DNA of 64,000 nt from Trichinella spiralis (taxonomy: Eukaryota): the NCBI RefSeq assembly GCF_000181795.1, contig NW_003526948.1:2654562-2718561 (forward strand). The letters are read 5' to 3'. Positions 1-14,600 of the stretch are shown piece by piece. Both the position numbers and the translations under genes were made by a program. How positions within the stretch are numbered: position 1 is the stretch's first letter; the number at the start of each line of letters is the position of its first letter. The notes under the pieces were generated by a model. The model did not search any database and had not been told where the DNA came from. It was given only the letters and a program-made list of their open reading frames with translations.

Positions 1-1462
1 TATTTCTATCACCATCTATCACACTATTGTATGATAACGGTACTATTATCTCTCAGACTGTCATGTATAATAATACATGTACATGATAAATCTTTTGTAT
101 ACTACATCCGCCCATCTTATAAATTAAACGCCTCTGTATGTTTTACATTAAATGAAAGAATATAATTTGTTTTTACAAAACAATAAACATGCATTTTCGA
201 TTTTATTTTACTCCATAATTAATTTTCTGCTGATAGAGTGTGGTTCGACCGCACAAGATTTCACAAACAACACATTCTATTATACGGCATCCTCAACATC
301 AGTACATACTATTGATCGTAGCATTTCAAGCATATTCAGATTTTTATGAAAGTGTCAGTTACGCAAGAATCAGGAAATCAAAAAAAGCAACTAAGAGCAA
401 CATTTCCTGCAGCAATTTTATAAAAAATCGACTGACTGAGGCTAGGAGAGAGGAGATAGTAGGGATGGCGTGTAGGTGATGGAGTTGGCAGCTGAAATGG
501 ATGTTCGAAGAGGGGAAGGTAGAGAAGAGGTTTTTAGTGTGTAGATGCAATTTATATAAGAATCAAACATGCAAAGTGAACAAATAAAACTCGTCATAGT
601 GACAGCCATTCACACCTGGGACTCGGAAATGAGGGACGTATGATAAAGTGGGCAGAATTTTTGCGTAAATAGGTGCAAAATAAGGAAGCCGTTTAAAGGA
701 AGTGCATTCGAAGCGGCTACTGGAAAATTGTATTTGTTAATCAGGTTGGCCTTTTTGTTAAGCTGACGCGGGAATGTAAAGCTTGCAGAAAAATCATTAG
801 ACGTCTCGTTGTTTGCAAGCAAGCACAAATGGCAACAATCACTAACGACATTATAATATAAATGGAATTCAGGCCTGAATCACAAAGCAAAAAATTAAGT
901 GTATACAAAAATCTGCAAGTATTAATCTAACTGATGATAGCCGGCTTGACTGCAGCACAGCTTCAATGTTGTCTGTGAAATAAATACAAGTCTCATTTTA
1001 CATAAATGACGTATTTCTAGCAGGCATTTTTATCTTACATGAGCACATAATACAAAGCATAAAAAGGAAATAAAGCAGATGGAAAGAGAAAAAATAAAAA
1101 CATCATTTATAATATGAAGTTAAATTACACTTCAAAAATAAAATCACGGTAAAATAATTAATAATTGAAGATACAGTAAGATACATTATTTAAATTGCCA
1201 AATTAATGATAAGAAGGTTACTAAGTAATACAGAAAGAGAGGAATGCATAGCTATTACTTTATTACGGTGCTGTTCGATAAACGGTGGCGCAGCGTAACC
1301 AAGGCGCAAGTGCAAGATGCTACATTCAGGTGAAAATTTTATATTTTATATATATAATTGAAACTTATTTTCCTGATGTTTTGCTATGAATGCAAGTATA
1401 TTTAAGTATTAGAGCACTTTTCCATTCTGCACATGCGTACTATTTGATCTAATTTCTTAAGG
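1..1462 (+). repeat. Copy 1 of a ~1.45-kb near-identical direct duplication (pairs with ~2405-3880)
   Basis: Identical ORFs recur at offset 2418 (240..479 vs 2658..2897). There are only a few substitutions, and identity decays just before the N gap at 1483-1492. Confidence 0.95.
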
Positions 1463-1482
1463 CTAGAAATTCTTCTTTACAA

Positions 1483-1492
1483 NNNNNNNNNN
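1483..1492. other. Assembly gap (10 N)
   Basis: Run of N. Confidence 1.
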
Positions 1493-1499
1493 AATTGGC

Positions 1500-1640
1500 T
1501 TAATGGTTGGAGCGGCAAAAACTTTGTCTCGAAAAATTGCAAATGTCTATGGGGAATAGGTTTGATTGTTTGTGCAAAAATCGGTCAAAAATTTTTTTTC
1601 AAAAATTTGGACTTTTTCCGGATTGTCATAAGTGTATATT
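1500..1640 (-). repeat. Partial inverted copy of the ~343-bp repeat unit found at 5499-6620
   Basis: The reverse complement (..ttttgaccgatttttgcacaaacaatcaaacctattccccatagacatttgcaatttttcgaga..) aligns with ..tttcgccgattttcgcgaaaacaaccaagtctatagcccatggtatttgcaattttcgaga.. at ~5640-5700. Confidence 0.75.
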
Positions 1641-2102
1641 AATAAATAATAAATGTGTAAGGCAATAAAGACAAGTCAGGTACAAATTTTATTTGAACAA
1701 GATACTTCTCTTTGCTCGATTATTTAAACATTTGCGATAAATCTACACAAAATCATTTTCCTTGCATACTTATTTACTCTCTAAGTTTTATTTCTCTTCT
1801 TTTCCTTCTTATTTATATCGCATTTATACATATTCATTAAAATAGTCAAATATTTTATAGAAATTTCAACTTATTGTGATTGGCAGATGTTGGCAGTAAT
1901 GAATAACATCGTTATGGATAGTTTCAACGCACTCTGCACAATAATTTCGCTATAAATTGCCTCCAAAGTAACCGCATTGTGCTTATCTTAATATGCAGGA
2001 AAGTTGCCAATCTGTAACTTCCTCGAAAGGCATCTAACATACGTGATTTTCAGCGAACATAGCACTTTTGGCATTTGATTTGGTTATGCATTAAAATTCA
2101 AC

Positions 2103-2320
2103 AACAATGATTATTACCTGATCGTATCCTTACTCCTATGGATTTTCACTATTTACCCAAACACCTCAGCCAGCGCAGAACGAAGCTTAACTGCAGTGAA
2201 ATATCTTAAAAGCTATTTCTGGACTACCATGACAGAAGAACGACTAAACGGATTTGCCGTAATATGTACATTCATTCTGACTTTTCCATTGATATTGATC
2301 TGGTAATAGAAAAGTTTTTT
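2103..2320 (+). mobile_element. Degenerate hAT-family transposase C-terminal dimerisation domain remnant
   Basis: Translates to YLIVSLLLWIFTIYPNTSASAERSLTAVKYLKSYFWTTMTEERLNGFAV, then after a frameshift MYIHSDFSIDIDLVIEKF. This matches the hAT dimer motif (T/S-A-S-A-E-R-S-F-S ... R-S-T-M-x-x-E-R-L-N-x-L-A ... I-H). Confidence 0.85.
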
Positions 2321-2404
2321 TTTCAAACGGAATCAAAACTTGTCGTTCTTTCGAAATACAATTAAAGTTATTACTTGGAAAGTTATTCTATCGCATGATT
2401 GAGA

Positions 2405-3880
2405 TTATTTCTATCACCATCTATCACCAATTATTTTTAATGATAAAACGGTACTATTTTATTCTTCTTCAGACTGTCATGTATAATAATACATGTACAT
2501 GATAAATCTTTTGTATACTACATCCGCCCATCTTTATAAATTAAACGCCTCTGTATGTTTTACATTAAATGAAAGAATATAATTTGTTTTTACAAAACAA
2601 TAAACATGCATTTTCGATTTTATTTCTACTCCATAATTAATTTTCTGCTGATAGAGTGTGGTTCGACCGCACAAGATTTCACAAACAACACATTCTATTA
2701 TACGGCATCCTCAACATCAGTACATACTATTGATCGTAGCATTTCAAGCATATTCAGATTTTTATGAAAGTGTCAGTTACGCAAGAATCAGGAAATCAAA
2801 AAAAGCAACTAAGAGCAACATTTCCTGCAGCAATTTTATAAAAAATCGACTGACTGAGGCTAGGAGAGAGGAGATAGTAGGGATGGCGTGTAGGTGATGG
2901 AGTTGGCAGCTGAAATGGATGTTCGAAGAGGGGAAGGTAGAGAAGAGGTTTTTAGTGTGTAGATGCAATTTATATAAGAATCAAACATGCAAAGTGAACA
3001 AATAAAACTCGTCATAGTGACAGCCATTCACACCTGGGACTCGGAAATGAGGGACGTATGATAAAGTAGGCAGAATTTTTGCGTAAATAGGTGCAAAATA
3101 AGGAAGCCGTTTAAAGGAAGTGCATTCGAAGTGGCTACTGGAAAATTGTATCTGTTAATCAGGTTGGCCTTTTTGTTAAGCTGACGCGGGAATGTGAAGC
3201 TTGCAGAAAAATCATTAGACGTCTCGTTGTGCGCAAGCAAGCACAAATGGCAACAATCACTAACGACATTATAATATATTTGGAATTCAGGCCTGAATCA
3301 CAAAGCAAAAAATTAAGTGTATACAAAAATCTGCAAGTATTAATCTAACTGATGATAGCCGGCTTGACTGCAGCACAGCTTCAATGTTGTCTGTGAAATA
3401 AATACAAGTCTCATTTTACATAAATGACGTATTTCTAGCAGGCATTTTTATCTTACATGAGCACATAATACAAAGCATAAAAAGGAAATAAAGCAGATGG
3501 AAAGAGAAAAAATAAAAACATCATTTATAATATGAAGTTAAATTACACTTCAAAAATAAAATCACGGTAAAATAATTAATAATTGAAGATACAGTAAGAT
3601 ACATTATTTAAATTGCCAAATTAATGATAAGAAGGTTACTAAGTAATACAGAAAGAGAGGAATGCATAGCTATTACTTTATTACGGTGCTGTTCGATAAA
3701 CGGTGGCGCAGCGTAACCAAGGCGCAAGTGCAAGATGCTACATTCAGGTGAAAATTTTATATTTTATATATATAATTGAAACTTATTTTCCTGATGTTTT
3801 GCTATGAATGCAAGTATATTTAAGTATTAGAGCACTTTTCAATTTGAAGATGCGTAAAACTTGAAGTACTTTTAAAGCAT
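2405..3880 (+). repeat. Copy 2 of the ~1.45-kb direct duplication
   Basis: Near-identical to 1-1462. The first ~130 bp carry extra homopolymer bases. Confidence 0.95.
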
Positions 3881-4512
3881 AATATTCTCAATTACATATA
3901 ATTGAACATTGAAGGTTTTGAACAAATCCATATTTCAATTTTCTATTTTAGGTAATCATCTAGATTTAATTGGAGAAGACAATAAAATTTTCAATTTACA
4001 CTTGCTTATGACATTCAATTTCATTCTCAACTTAGCAGGTCGAATATCATTAAGCGTATAGAGTTATCTATTATGCAGGGCAGAAAAATACCGTTTTCAT
4101 GCAGAAATCATTTTCAGTTTAATTTTATTATCACTTTATATTTTTTCTAAATTTTTCACCATGAAGACATTAGATAAATCAAAATTTTCATATAGTTAAT
4201 TATGCTTGGCATAGAGCGCAACCAGTGTGCTCAATTATTGTTTATTTCTTGTTGACATTATGTTCTAATTCATATTAGAGTAGCATATCCAACTAACGTA
4301 AGCCGGTGTTTAACGCTACGTGTGCAGTGCCTGTCTTTTATGCAAATTGGGCCGTTTCAAAATTAACTTCATATTAGCAGTGCAACAGTTAAATTGACTT
4401 TGTTGACTAACAGAAGCATCGACAGTGATGTTTGCTCGATCTATTTCTGTTTTAACTACTGAGTAAGGGTATTATTAGATATAGAAGAATGTTAATCTTA
4501 TCAAAACATGGG

Positions 4513-4522
4513 NNNNNNNNNN
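4513..4522. other. Assembly gap (10 N)
   Basis: Run of N. Confidence 1.
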
Positions 4523-5498
4523 AAAAAAAGGTGAAACCAAAATAAGATTGTAATGACATCGAAATAAAAAAAAATGAAAAATAAAGGTTAAATCAGTGTG
4601 TGCATATGGAATAGTTTCATTAATTTTTCCAACGTGTCTATCAATGTTTTAACCGGAAAAAAGGAATTTATTTAAATAAGAATTGTTCCTGATTTTCATT
4701 TTTGCAAACAAGATACTTTCAAAATCAAAAATTTTTGTTCATTGCATTTTGTTATTGATTACAATTCAGAGATAAGAATTATCCAAAAATATCAAATTGG
4801 AAAACTATTTTCGTGCAAAATGTTAGTCTTTTTATTCTGTAAATTTCAAATGCTTAAACTGGCAACTCTATGAAATTTCTCAAAAAATCATTGATTGCGG
4901 GTTATTGAAAATTTACATACCTTTGATTGGCGCAAAATTGCTTGAACGTATCATCAAATGTTTTTGTAATTCGCCGTTCTTTCTGAGAAGAATGGAATAA
5001 TTTTCACTCTATTTACTGGTGGATACCTCTGAAAATTCGAAGCACTACCATGTATGAGCCGAATAGTTTGACATCAGTTTTGAATTTATTTATTTTCCTA
5101 GCATTCGTAATGTAGTTTCACCCTGGGCGAATATATGTTATACTAATTATGCAAATCGCAATTGCATCGTTGTTACTTAGCAAAAGTACAATCAAATAGC
5201 CGCACATGTGGTATCAATCATATGTGTAATCAATGAAAAACATGGCAATTCGGATCGCATTCCATGAAATGCTTTCTTTTTAACATACAAAACAGTTACA
5301 GAGCATACGTTCTGATTTGCAGCAATTAATGATTATTGAACAGCAATAATTTCAGAAATTCAATTTAATTAATCGTAAAAACGATAATTTAGTAGAAATC
5401 GTATAGATTCGATATCAAAAATGTCTCACGTACGGAAATTGGCAGCCACTGCTGCCGTTGGAAGAGAGTTACTGATTCGCGAATTCTCTATTTATTAT

Positions 5499-6620
5499 TA
5501 AGATAGGCAGTAGACAAATTTACTGCCCATATATTCCACAACTGTTGGTTAGAATGTGACGAAATTTTGCATAACAAATTTCGGTAATCTTTGTGTATGT
5601 CTGGAAATCAAAAAAAACTCCATATTTCGAAAAAAGGACTTTCGCCGATTTTCGCGAAAACAACCAAGTCTATAGCCCATGGTATTTGCAATTTTCGAGA
5701 AACACCCTGGAATTCAAAAATGAGCTTTATGACTTTCAATCGATCGGATATGATTTGAGAAGTAAAACAAACGTATCGCGGCGGTTCCTGGTTGCGTATT
5801 TCTCGAGATATCCCGAAAAAAGTGGTTCGCATACCCGTGTGTTAAGAGAGGCAATATTCCATCTTTAGGGGCGATTTATTCCACAACTGCTGGACGGAGT
5901 TCGACGGAACTTTGCATACCATTACCAGTAATAACTGTGAATGATTATGAATCAAAAAAGCCCAAACTTTGATAAAAGATTTTTCACCATTTGTCATACA
6001 AAGCAAGTCTATGGCCCATGAAATTTTGTTATTTTTGAGAAAAACCTTTCCCTCGAAAAATGGGCTTTATGGGTATCAGTTGATCAAAAATGATTAGATA
6101 AGTACAACAAACGTATTTTCGACGTCCCCAGTTGCATAGATCTCGAGATTTATCTAAATAAGTAGGAGACATCCCAATGTCTTAAGATAGGCAATGGGCC
6201 CACTTCAGAAGCCCATTATTCCACAACTATTGGGCAGCATTCGCTGAAACTCTTGATAACATTATAATTGATCAATACAAATGTCTGACAAGTAGGAAAA
6301 GTGGAAACTTCGAAAATAGTTTTTTCGCCGATTTTCGCAAAAAGAGCAGGTCTATAGCCCATGAAATGTTGTAATTTTCGAGAAATACCTTTTCTTCCAA
6401 AAATAGACTTTATGGGCATCAGTCGCTCAGAAACGATTAGAGGAGTAAAAAAAACGTATCGTCGCTGTGCTCAGCTTCGTAGTTCTCTAGATATACTGAA
6501 AAAAGTGGAAAGCTTACCTATGTATTAAGATAGTCAACATGCCAACTTTAAAAGCCATTTATTCCACAACAACTGGGCAGTGTTCGATGAAACTTCAACA
6601 GCATGTGAGTAACAACTAAC
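5499..6620 (+). repeat. Diverged tandem repeat, unit ~343 bp, about 3.3 copies
   Basis: The anchor taagat/gag..attccacaac recurs at ~5499, 5843, 6183 and 6526. Internal anchors gtctat(a/g)gcccatg, ctttatg and aaacgtat recur in each unit. Confidence 0.9.
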
Positions 6621-9600
6621 AACAGTTTTGTTCTTGATAGACTGTGTTCAGTAAACATTGATTTGCGTTATAGATGAGCAACTTTCACGTAACGCTATCC
6701 AATTAGCCTTCCTGCAGTGTAACCTGCGCGCTAAATTATCTTTATTTAAGCAATATTATTAATAATATTTAAGCTGCTGTTCAAAATTTGTCGTAAGAAA
6801 TTCAAATTACATTGGCTACTCATCTAAAATATTATAAATGACTTATTTATATGTCTCATTTGACCATTTTTCTACAAGAGATTCTTTACAAATTGTCCAT
6901 TTTCTTTTCAAGTAAAGCTTCAACAAATTATATGCAGATACCACACCTATTTTCATTTACATATTATTCACTCATGTCAGTATATTACAAGTTAGCTATA
7001 TTTTTGAGCAATTACGATGAATCTCAAAAAATAGCACTTACAATACAGGGCGATTTATGCTGATTGATGTGGATATTTGTGAATGCTTCTAGAAAATGAC
7101 CAATCATTATGTAGAAAGAGAAATAAGAGAATGAAAATGCTGATCGATTTTGTTATCGCTTGTGCAGGTTTTGCATGAAAACGCCGATTCTACGTCGCCG
7201 GACACCTTTAGTTAGCATTTCAGATAATCTAGCAAACAGTGGCTGAACTGGTCACAAATTTTCACTCCATTCATATTTACTGATAATGATCAACTGAATT
7301 GAAAATTTTAAAAAATAAAAATAATCCATAATTAAATCAAGTAGCATATGCTTTTTCCATTAAAAAAGCAGTTATAAACAATTCGATGGTCGACATTTAA
7401 AAAAAGATCCACACTGGCTAATTAAAATCCAATCAACGTCGTAGATGAATTGTTTTTTCCTTATTTTTATCACTTATTCAGTATCTATTATTTAATGTAC
7501 TTTGTTAACTTACAGACTGGAGCAGTTGTACAATGCACTTGTACATGTGTACAATATCAATTTGCTGCATTTATTTTGATGTTTAAATTATCTGAAAATC
7601 ATTTTAAAATTAAAAAAATAACTGAATTTATTAATAAAAGAATTCAATTGTGCACATGAAGTAAAATGAAATTCTGTTTTTTTATTATGTCATGAAATTA
7701 CAATAATTTTTAGGCCGTTTAAACAACGTTAAAATTAGTGAAGAAGGTAAATTTCAAATGATGAGCAACAATAATAATTTCATTGAATAATTGATAAAGT
7801 ATTGCTGACAGAATAATAATAATAATAATAATCGAATATGCAAACAGTCGAAATGATTGATGCATATGAATAATATGAGTGAGTAATGAATAGCAGCGCT
7901 TATGAATGAGTGCATTTTAATTATAAAGCGATGGCTCGTCTGAAATGTAGAAAGAAATAGAGGAATAAGTGTTGAATTATTCGCGTTGAATGTTCAGTGA
8001 ACCTGCTTCTGAGAAAATTTGAATGTAGACGAAGAGTTCTTCCAACTTACATAGCAGGCAGCATTTGCGTGTGAGGTGTTTGTGTGTGTGTGTGTGTGGA
8101 ATAAAAACGAAATGCTAATTGAACGAATGCGAAGATGAAGCAAACAATGGAAATTGAAAGAGGGAAAACAGATTTATTTATTCTGAAGTGAAGAATAATT
8201 GTAATATTGGCCGTCGTGTGTGATTTCTTCATTCAGATCAACTAATGACATTTTATTAATCATTTTCAGCCTAGGGCACTTTTCTCAACCAACGTGCGTA
8301 ACTGCTTTGCTAGAAATTTCCTTCCTCAAATATTTTAGCTTTGCACGATGAAATAAAATCATTGCCATTTATTAAAAAATAATTTCTCCCCAACTACAAG
8401 CTGAAAAATGATAAATTAAAAAGTGCAATTTCAAGAAATTTTACTGGTCAATAAATTTTTCAAATCGTCAAATGACGCTGGCTAAATCAATTTGAAAACT
8501 GTTTTAAAAGCTCTCAAGCTACTGAAAAACAACACATGAAGAAGTCAAATATGTTGTGAATAAATATTCAAGAAAAAGAATTTTGTTTTTTATGTTTTAC
8601 TTGAGAAAAATATTCTGTGATAATTTTCATGTCTTTTAAAATTAGATATTAAAAAAATTTTGCTTGCCCAAATGCGATGCTTTTCATAATTTGAAATTAT
8701 CAACTGCTTGATTACTCCTTATGCACAAACAAAATGATTTGCCGTGATAATGAATGTTTTATTCAAACAGATTAGTGCATTACAATTCTGTGTAATTTAA
8801 TCCGTTTAAAAGTTGAATTAAAAAAACATACTCTGAACAAAATATTATTACGGTAATATTGGAAATTACATTTTTTATATTTAAATATTCTGTTGAAAAA
8901 GTTAATAACATACGACAGTTCAAGCATGCTGCCGGTGTATGGGATGATGATCAGAATATCAAATATTGACTTTGTAAAAATCATTTTATCTGTCATTTGC
9001 TGCATTTAGCAAAAGGATAATTTTTTCCGGTTGCTAGACGTGCTGCATTGTATACTGTTTCTCTGTCCATCTGCTTGCAAAAAATCTCAGAAAAATTAAA
9101 AGTATATTAATGGAAAGTGTCAGTGTGTTTGGTGATTGCAATTGAAATATTTTCATTTCAAAGGCAGTTTAATAAAAGGCAAGCTTCCAATGTAGACTTT
9201 TTACCTTTTTTACTTTCAAAGTATCACTTATTATTGTTAATTGTTTATCACTTACAGATTTACAACTTATGCAATTAAACTTACAGCCTACCCTTGCACA
9301 ATAGATCAGTAATAATTTGTTAGTTGGAATTGTTTCTGTTCAATAATACTTTGTAAAACAGTATTACTGTGTGAAAAATTAAACATATTAATACATAATC
9401 ACGCAGCCATAATAAAATAATTATAATGCAGAGTTCAATAATCGTCTGTAATTTATTAATCTGCATTTATTAGTTCCTTTTATTTCGAAAGAATCCTATT
9501 AACAAATAAATAGTTCGTTATAATGTACATTTTTCTCCTAATAAAAAAATAAAAATATTAAAATGTATAAAAAAATAAATTTAAATGCACTTTTATTCAC

Positions 9601-11634
9601 TATTATTGAGCATTTTTCCAATTATTACATGCAGCATGCTTGAAGAAGGAAATTTTAATGGATTTATTTAAAGATAATTATCATTTTATTGTTAAAAATT
9701 TTTTTAAAGTCAAACAGCATTTTTAATAAATTGTGGTGAAAAGGGATGTTTTAAAATTGAGTGCATAAAATTTAATGATCGTATAATTTATGATACTTGT
9801 TATATAAATATAAATATATGCATATATATATATATATATATGAACAGAGTTTCGCCGTATGTAAAACGTAATTTTAAAAAAGATGAGCAGGTGAAATATG
9901 CATTATTACTTTTTTTAAATAGAGATATTCAAAATTATTTTATATGAAATAATAAATACAAAATGAACAAACCAAATACCCGTAAAATAAATCTTTCAGT
10001 GTTGATGGAGGTTAGAATTTTGTTGTGCAAAGCTATAGGAATCTGATTTCACTAATGAAAGATGCTGTTGTGACAGCTGTCGCGTCAGGTTGCTTCATCG
10101 ATTGTTGCCTATTAGCATTCATCTGAGAGCTGGACGGACTGGAGGCGCTCACCAATAATTCTCTTCTATAACGGGAATCTTTTCGATTCAAATTAGGCGT
10201 GCAGGGTGATCGTGCGCATTTTACAAACCAATTCAGCTCCATCACTTTATGCAAATAATTTGCTTTGTGTAAGTCGAAACAGTTAATATTCTATTTTTAT
10301 TTAAATTTATAAAATGAACCGCTCCATATTTTGAAAGTTTATATATCAAATTTGACATGGCTACAATTTTAATTTATGCTTCACTGAAAATGCAAATAAT
10401 GATCGCCAAAATTTGGTTGAATACACATTCCTTAGTCACTTATAAAAAAACAATATAAAGCTTGCTTTTATAAATAAAATATTTTAAAATTAGTCATCTC
10501 TTCCGTATATTATTTAGAATTTTTTGATTTGGAATAATTAATTCAACAACAAATTCAAATTAATTATTTACTTGTATGAAGATTATTAATAGGATTTACT
10601 GATTAATCAATAATACATGCTTTTTTCCAAATACTACACATGCTATGATCTAAGTTTCAAATTGAAAAATAAACATTCGTTAAAATTAACAAAATTGAAA
10701 AGAATTTCACTTATGCTACTGCATTAAAAAAACAATCATGCAGTTCAAATGTAAGTGAATACGAATTAAAAAAGCATGTCAGCTGTTCTTTTCAAAAATA
10801 TTTAAAAGCCTAAAAACACAGCATACAAAGATAAATGTAACTTCTTCTATTCTTGTTTATTGACGTATTTTTTAATTTTATTTAATTTCATTATATTTTA
10901 AGTCTTTTTTCAAAACTTCTGTTGAAGTTTCACTTTTATCTGAATATTTTAACAATAAAAATCATATAATATGAATATTGACCTTCTTGTCCGGCAGTGC
11001 ACTCACTTTACAAGATCTTTTTTCCCAACAACCCAACCAAGTTTTGTAAATCGAGTACAACTGTGCACTGTTATTACTCATTCAAAATCATGTCTAGCAA
11101 ACTGCTTACATATGCTAACATTTATTTAATTTGATATTTATTTTTCATTTATTCCACAATAATTATGCTACAATTAGCTTAGCCGATCTCACTATACGAT
11201 TGCCTCGCAAAAACAATCCGAGTAGAGGTATTAATTTTCATTCACTTCCGCAACTTGTCCACTCTTGTGCAAGAAGAAAATTGCAATAATTAACAACAGC
11301 CTTATCAAAATTATTAAATCTACGTATATTAACTGAAACTTTCATTATTAGATTATAAAAATAAATGAATAAAACGCATTCAATTTCTCATTGAGGATGA
11401 TTAAAAAATAAATTTGTTTTATCAGTCTTTATTTAATTACTTCTTCACTGGTTGCTTTTCATCAATCACATGACCGACATGATGAGTATTTTTTAATTTA
11501 TTTCATTTTATTATTATTCATCAGTTGTGAACGTTTTCAATTTCAGAACAATACAAAGAAAATATAGTTTAAGAGAAATTATCAAAAATTGGAAAAGGAA
11601 ATTTGATAATAGTGACTGATTGGACTGCCCAACT

Positions 11635-14600
11635 ATGGATTCACAATCGAAAGAAGAAGAAAACAATAAAGCAGATAAAAATCATTCATCATCTATAATT
11701 TTGACAAGTCCAAAGCTTTCTCTAGATGATATTAACTCGTCTCTTGATTTTTTGGAAATTGCTATTTTGGAGCACAATTTGCTCAAGCTTTTCAACCATC
11801 ATTCAGGAATTCTTTATGAAGAAAAGAATATACTGCATGCTATTAACCGATATGAACGTATTTGGTTACCAATGATGGTACGTACCTATTCATTTGCAAG
11901 TAATAAATCAACTTTCAATTTTTTATTTTTATTATACAACAACAATAGTTGAGCTTATTTTCATGTTGAATTACGCAGTCTGAGTGGAATGTTATTATAA
12001 AATTTAAACCCGTTAAAAACTGAAATATTTCCAATACACTACCTGCAAGTAAGTAGCTTTTGCCCCCGACTTTGTTCTCTAAACAAAAGCTTCAAGTATT
12101 GCTATTTTCCGTATTCAAATGAGCTGCTGTTATTGTTTGATCTGAAATGATGCATTGCTGAATGAAGCGTGCTATTTATTGCAGGACAATTACATGACTT
12201 AAATTGAGATTGCACTTTTTCATGAGAGCAGTTTTTGCTTTAGGCAGAAGTAAACAACAGTGAAGGCATTTTGCCTCCACTGGATGTTTACATGGTCTGG
12301 CACACGCACATGCTAGCCCCTCAGTATTATAACAAGCACTGCATTACTCAATATGGCCGCATAATTGATCATAAATTAATCAGCACAAGTGAAATGCAAG
12401 TACGTTATAACTTTTCGAAAAAGATGTGGAATTCATTCAGCGCAGGTGAACCGTATGACCTGGATGAATTTTTCAAGCATTCTCATGATTGCATATATAA
12501 TTCTGGTGAAACTGGATACGATTTGTTCACAGCCGTGAAGCGTCAACGTGACTTTGGTTATCAAACATTCTTGCCGCATTACAGCTCCATGAAGTATTTG
12601 GAAGAAGCCGTAAATCGGTATAAAAAATTCGTTTTTCTAAAGATTCATTATCCAAATGAATTCCTGACTCCGTGCTATGATTTTGATCTTGTATGGCATG
12701 CTCATCAGGTAACGCAGGCATGTTGAAAATTATTTCAAAAATATTTTAGCGCAAAAATGTAAATGTAAACAGTTAAATTTGTTCTTCTCAGTATTAATTA
12801 CTACAGTATCATCAGTTTAATTTTCCTCGCTGCTCAATGTATAATGTCACAAAATAGATTAAAGAAAGAAAAAAGATTTGCAGTTTCATTGTTCTGTAGG
12901 TAGTAACTTAAAAAATTTTTTTAACATATTAAGGAAAAAATCCATCCAATTCGCTTCTGCTGAATAATTTATGGAAACTTTTACTTAGGTGCATCCAAAA
13001 GTTTATTCAGATGACGCAATACAATGGTTTGGAAAAATATGGATTCACGATGATTCGGTTAATGATCGATCACCAGATTCAAAACTTCTGCGTGGAGAAT
13101 CATTAACAAGAAAACTATGGATGCACCATTTCCCCGGAGAATCTTACTGGCGACAGGGAGCAATGTATAGAGGGCATGTTGCTCCCTGTTATCTGGATTT
13201 TAAGAAATTCGATTTTCAATCTATCGAAACAGGTTCGTTGAACATACTAAGTTTGGCTTTGAAATATCTTGAAACGGAACGAGCCTATGTACGGCTGAAA
13301 ATTAAATATGGCTCAAAAAAAATGGTTGAATTACAGGCTGAAGTAGACCAACAAACTGCTAAACAAAGAACAAATCGAAATCTTATTATTTATAGTGATA
13401 CAAGTGAAGTGGGCAAAAAGTTAAGTTCAATAATTTTGAATTATAATTCGTGTGATTTGAAAGCGATTCACGTCAACTTGGAGCTTTATGACAAGGAATT
13501 TTTGAAACGAAGACGCGTGATCAAATTGAACGGCACTTTGAATTTAGGCGAACTTATTTCACAAACGGATCCACGATCTGCCAAATGTGCAGTGAACATT
13601 TTGCTTAGACCTGACCGAAGTGAACAAAGTTCAGACAAAGAACTTCACAGTTCAATAAAAATGTGCCTCTTGGCTAGCGTATTTACGAATTATTCACTGG
13701 AGTTCGAGCTGGGAAAATTCACCTTGCATAGTGTTCAACCGGACTGCAAATTATTTAAATTGTGTCATGATTTTTCATTAAATAAATACGGTTGGAATTC
13801 TTCAAAGCGAGCATGGATTGCAGTTCACAAGTATATTCAGAGTGAAAAATTATTCAAAACTATTAATTAATTGGCATCATTTTACAGGCTGGTCGACTTG
13901 CGAAAAAATGTTCACTTCACTGTACAAGTCATTCATTGCGCAGTATCGTTGTTGTCTGCAATTTTGATATATGACAGTAATAGCAAATTGTTGGCTGCCT
14001 CGCATTTGGTTGGACCTGATTCAATGCCAGCAATTGCGCAAGTTGAAAGCAACGCAGTATTTATCATCATTTCAAAAAATTTTCCCAAACCCATTAACTA
14101 GAAAAAGGTTATTCTCTTATCTTTTTATTTTTAGTCTTATATACCAAATATTTCATCTGCTAAAGAAAGAGCAATGGTTGTGATAAATAATTGTGGTGAT
14201 TTTGGCATAATAAAAGCGAAATGGATTGGATTTTTAAAAAATAGCAATACTGGTCAATCAGGTATGAAAGAATTTAGTGTTTAATATTAAAAAGCATTAT
14301 CATTAAACTGAAGTGTGATTGTAATGTGAAAATTGTAAAACTTCACAGCTAGCTCCACATGACTTATTTTTTATACAATATAAATTGTGCTTCATTTTTA
14401 TTTTAGATAAAATGGAATCTGTGCAGTGTCCTGGCTATTTGAAAGTTGAAGCAGTAGACTTCGCTTCCAATGTTGTGCAAAGTTTTGAACTGCCCGGGAA
14501 AAGTGGACTAAAAATTTCCCTATTCGAACGTATTTACACATAAATATGCATATGCGATTGTACGTTTTTTTCTACAGTAAAAGTTTTAGATTTGCAAACT

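Noticed and set aside
236..257. tRNA or SINE from GGTTCGA in a small hairpin (also at ~2655)
   Set aside because: No cloverleaf or convincing A box.
5593..6419. ORFs inside the tandem repeat
   Set aside because: They are not preserved between repeat units and show no protein motif.
5499..6620. CRISPR-like array
   Set aside because: Whole ~343-bp units are homologous, there are no unique spacers, and the context is eukaryotic.
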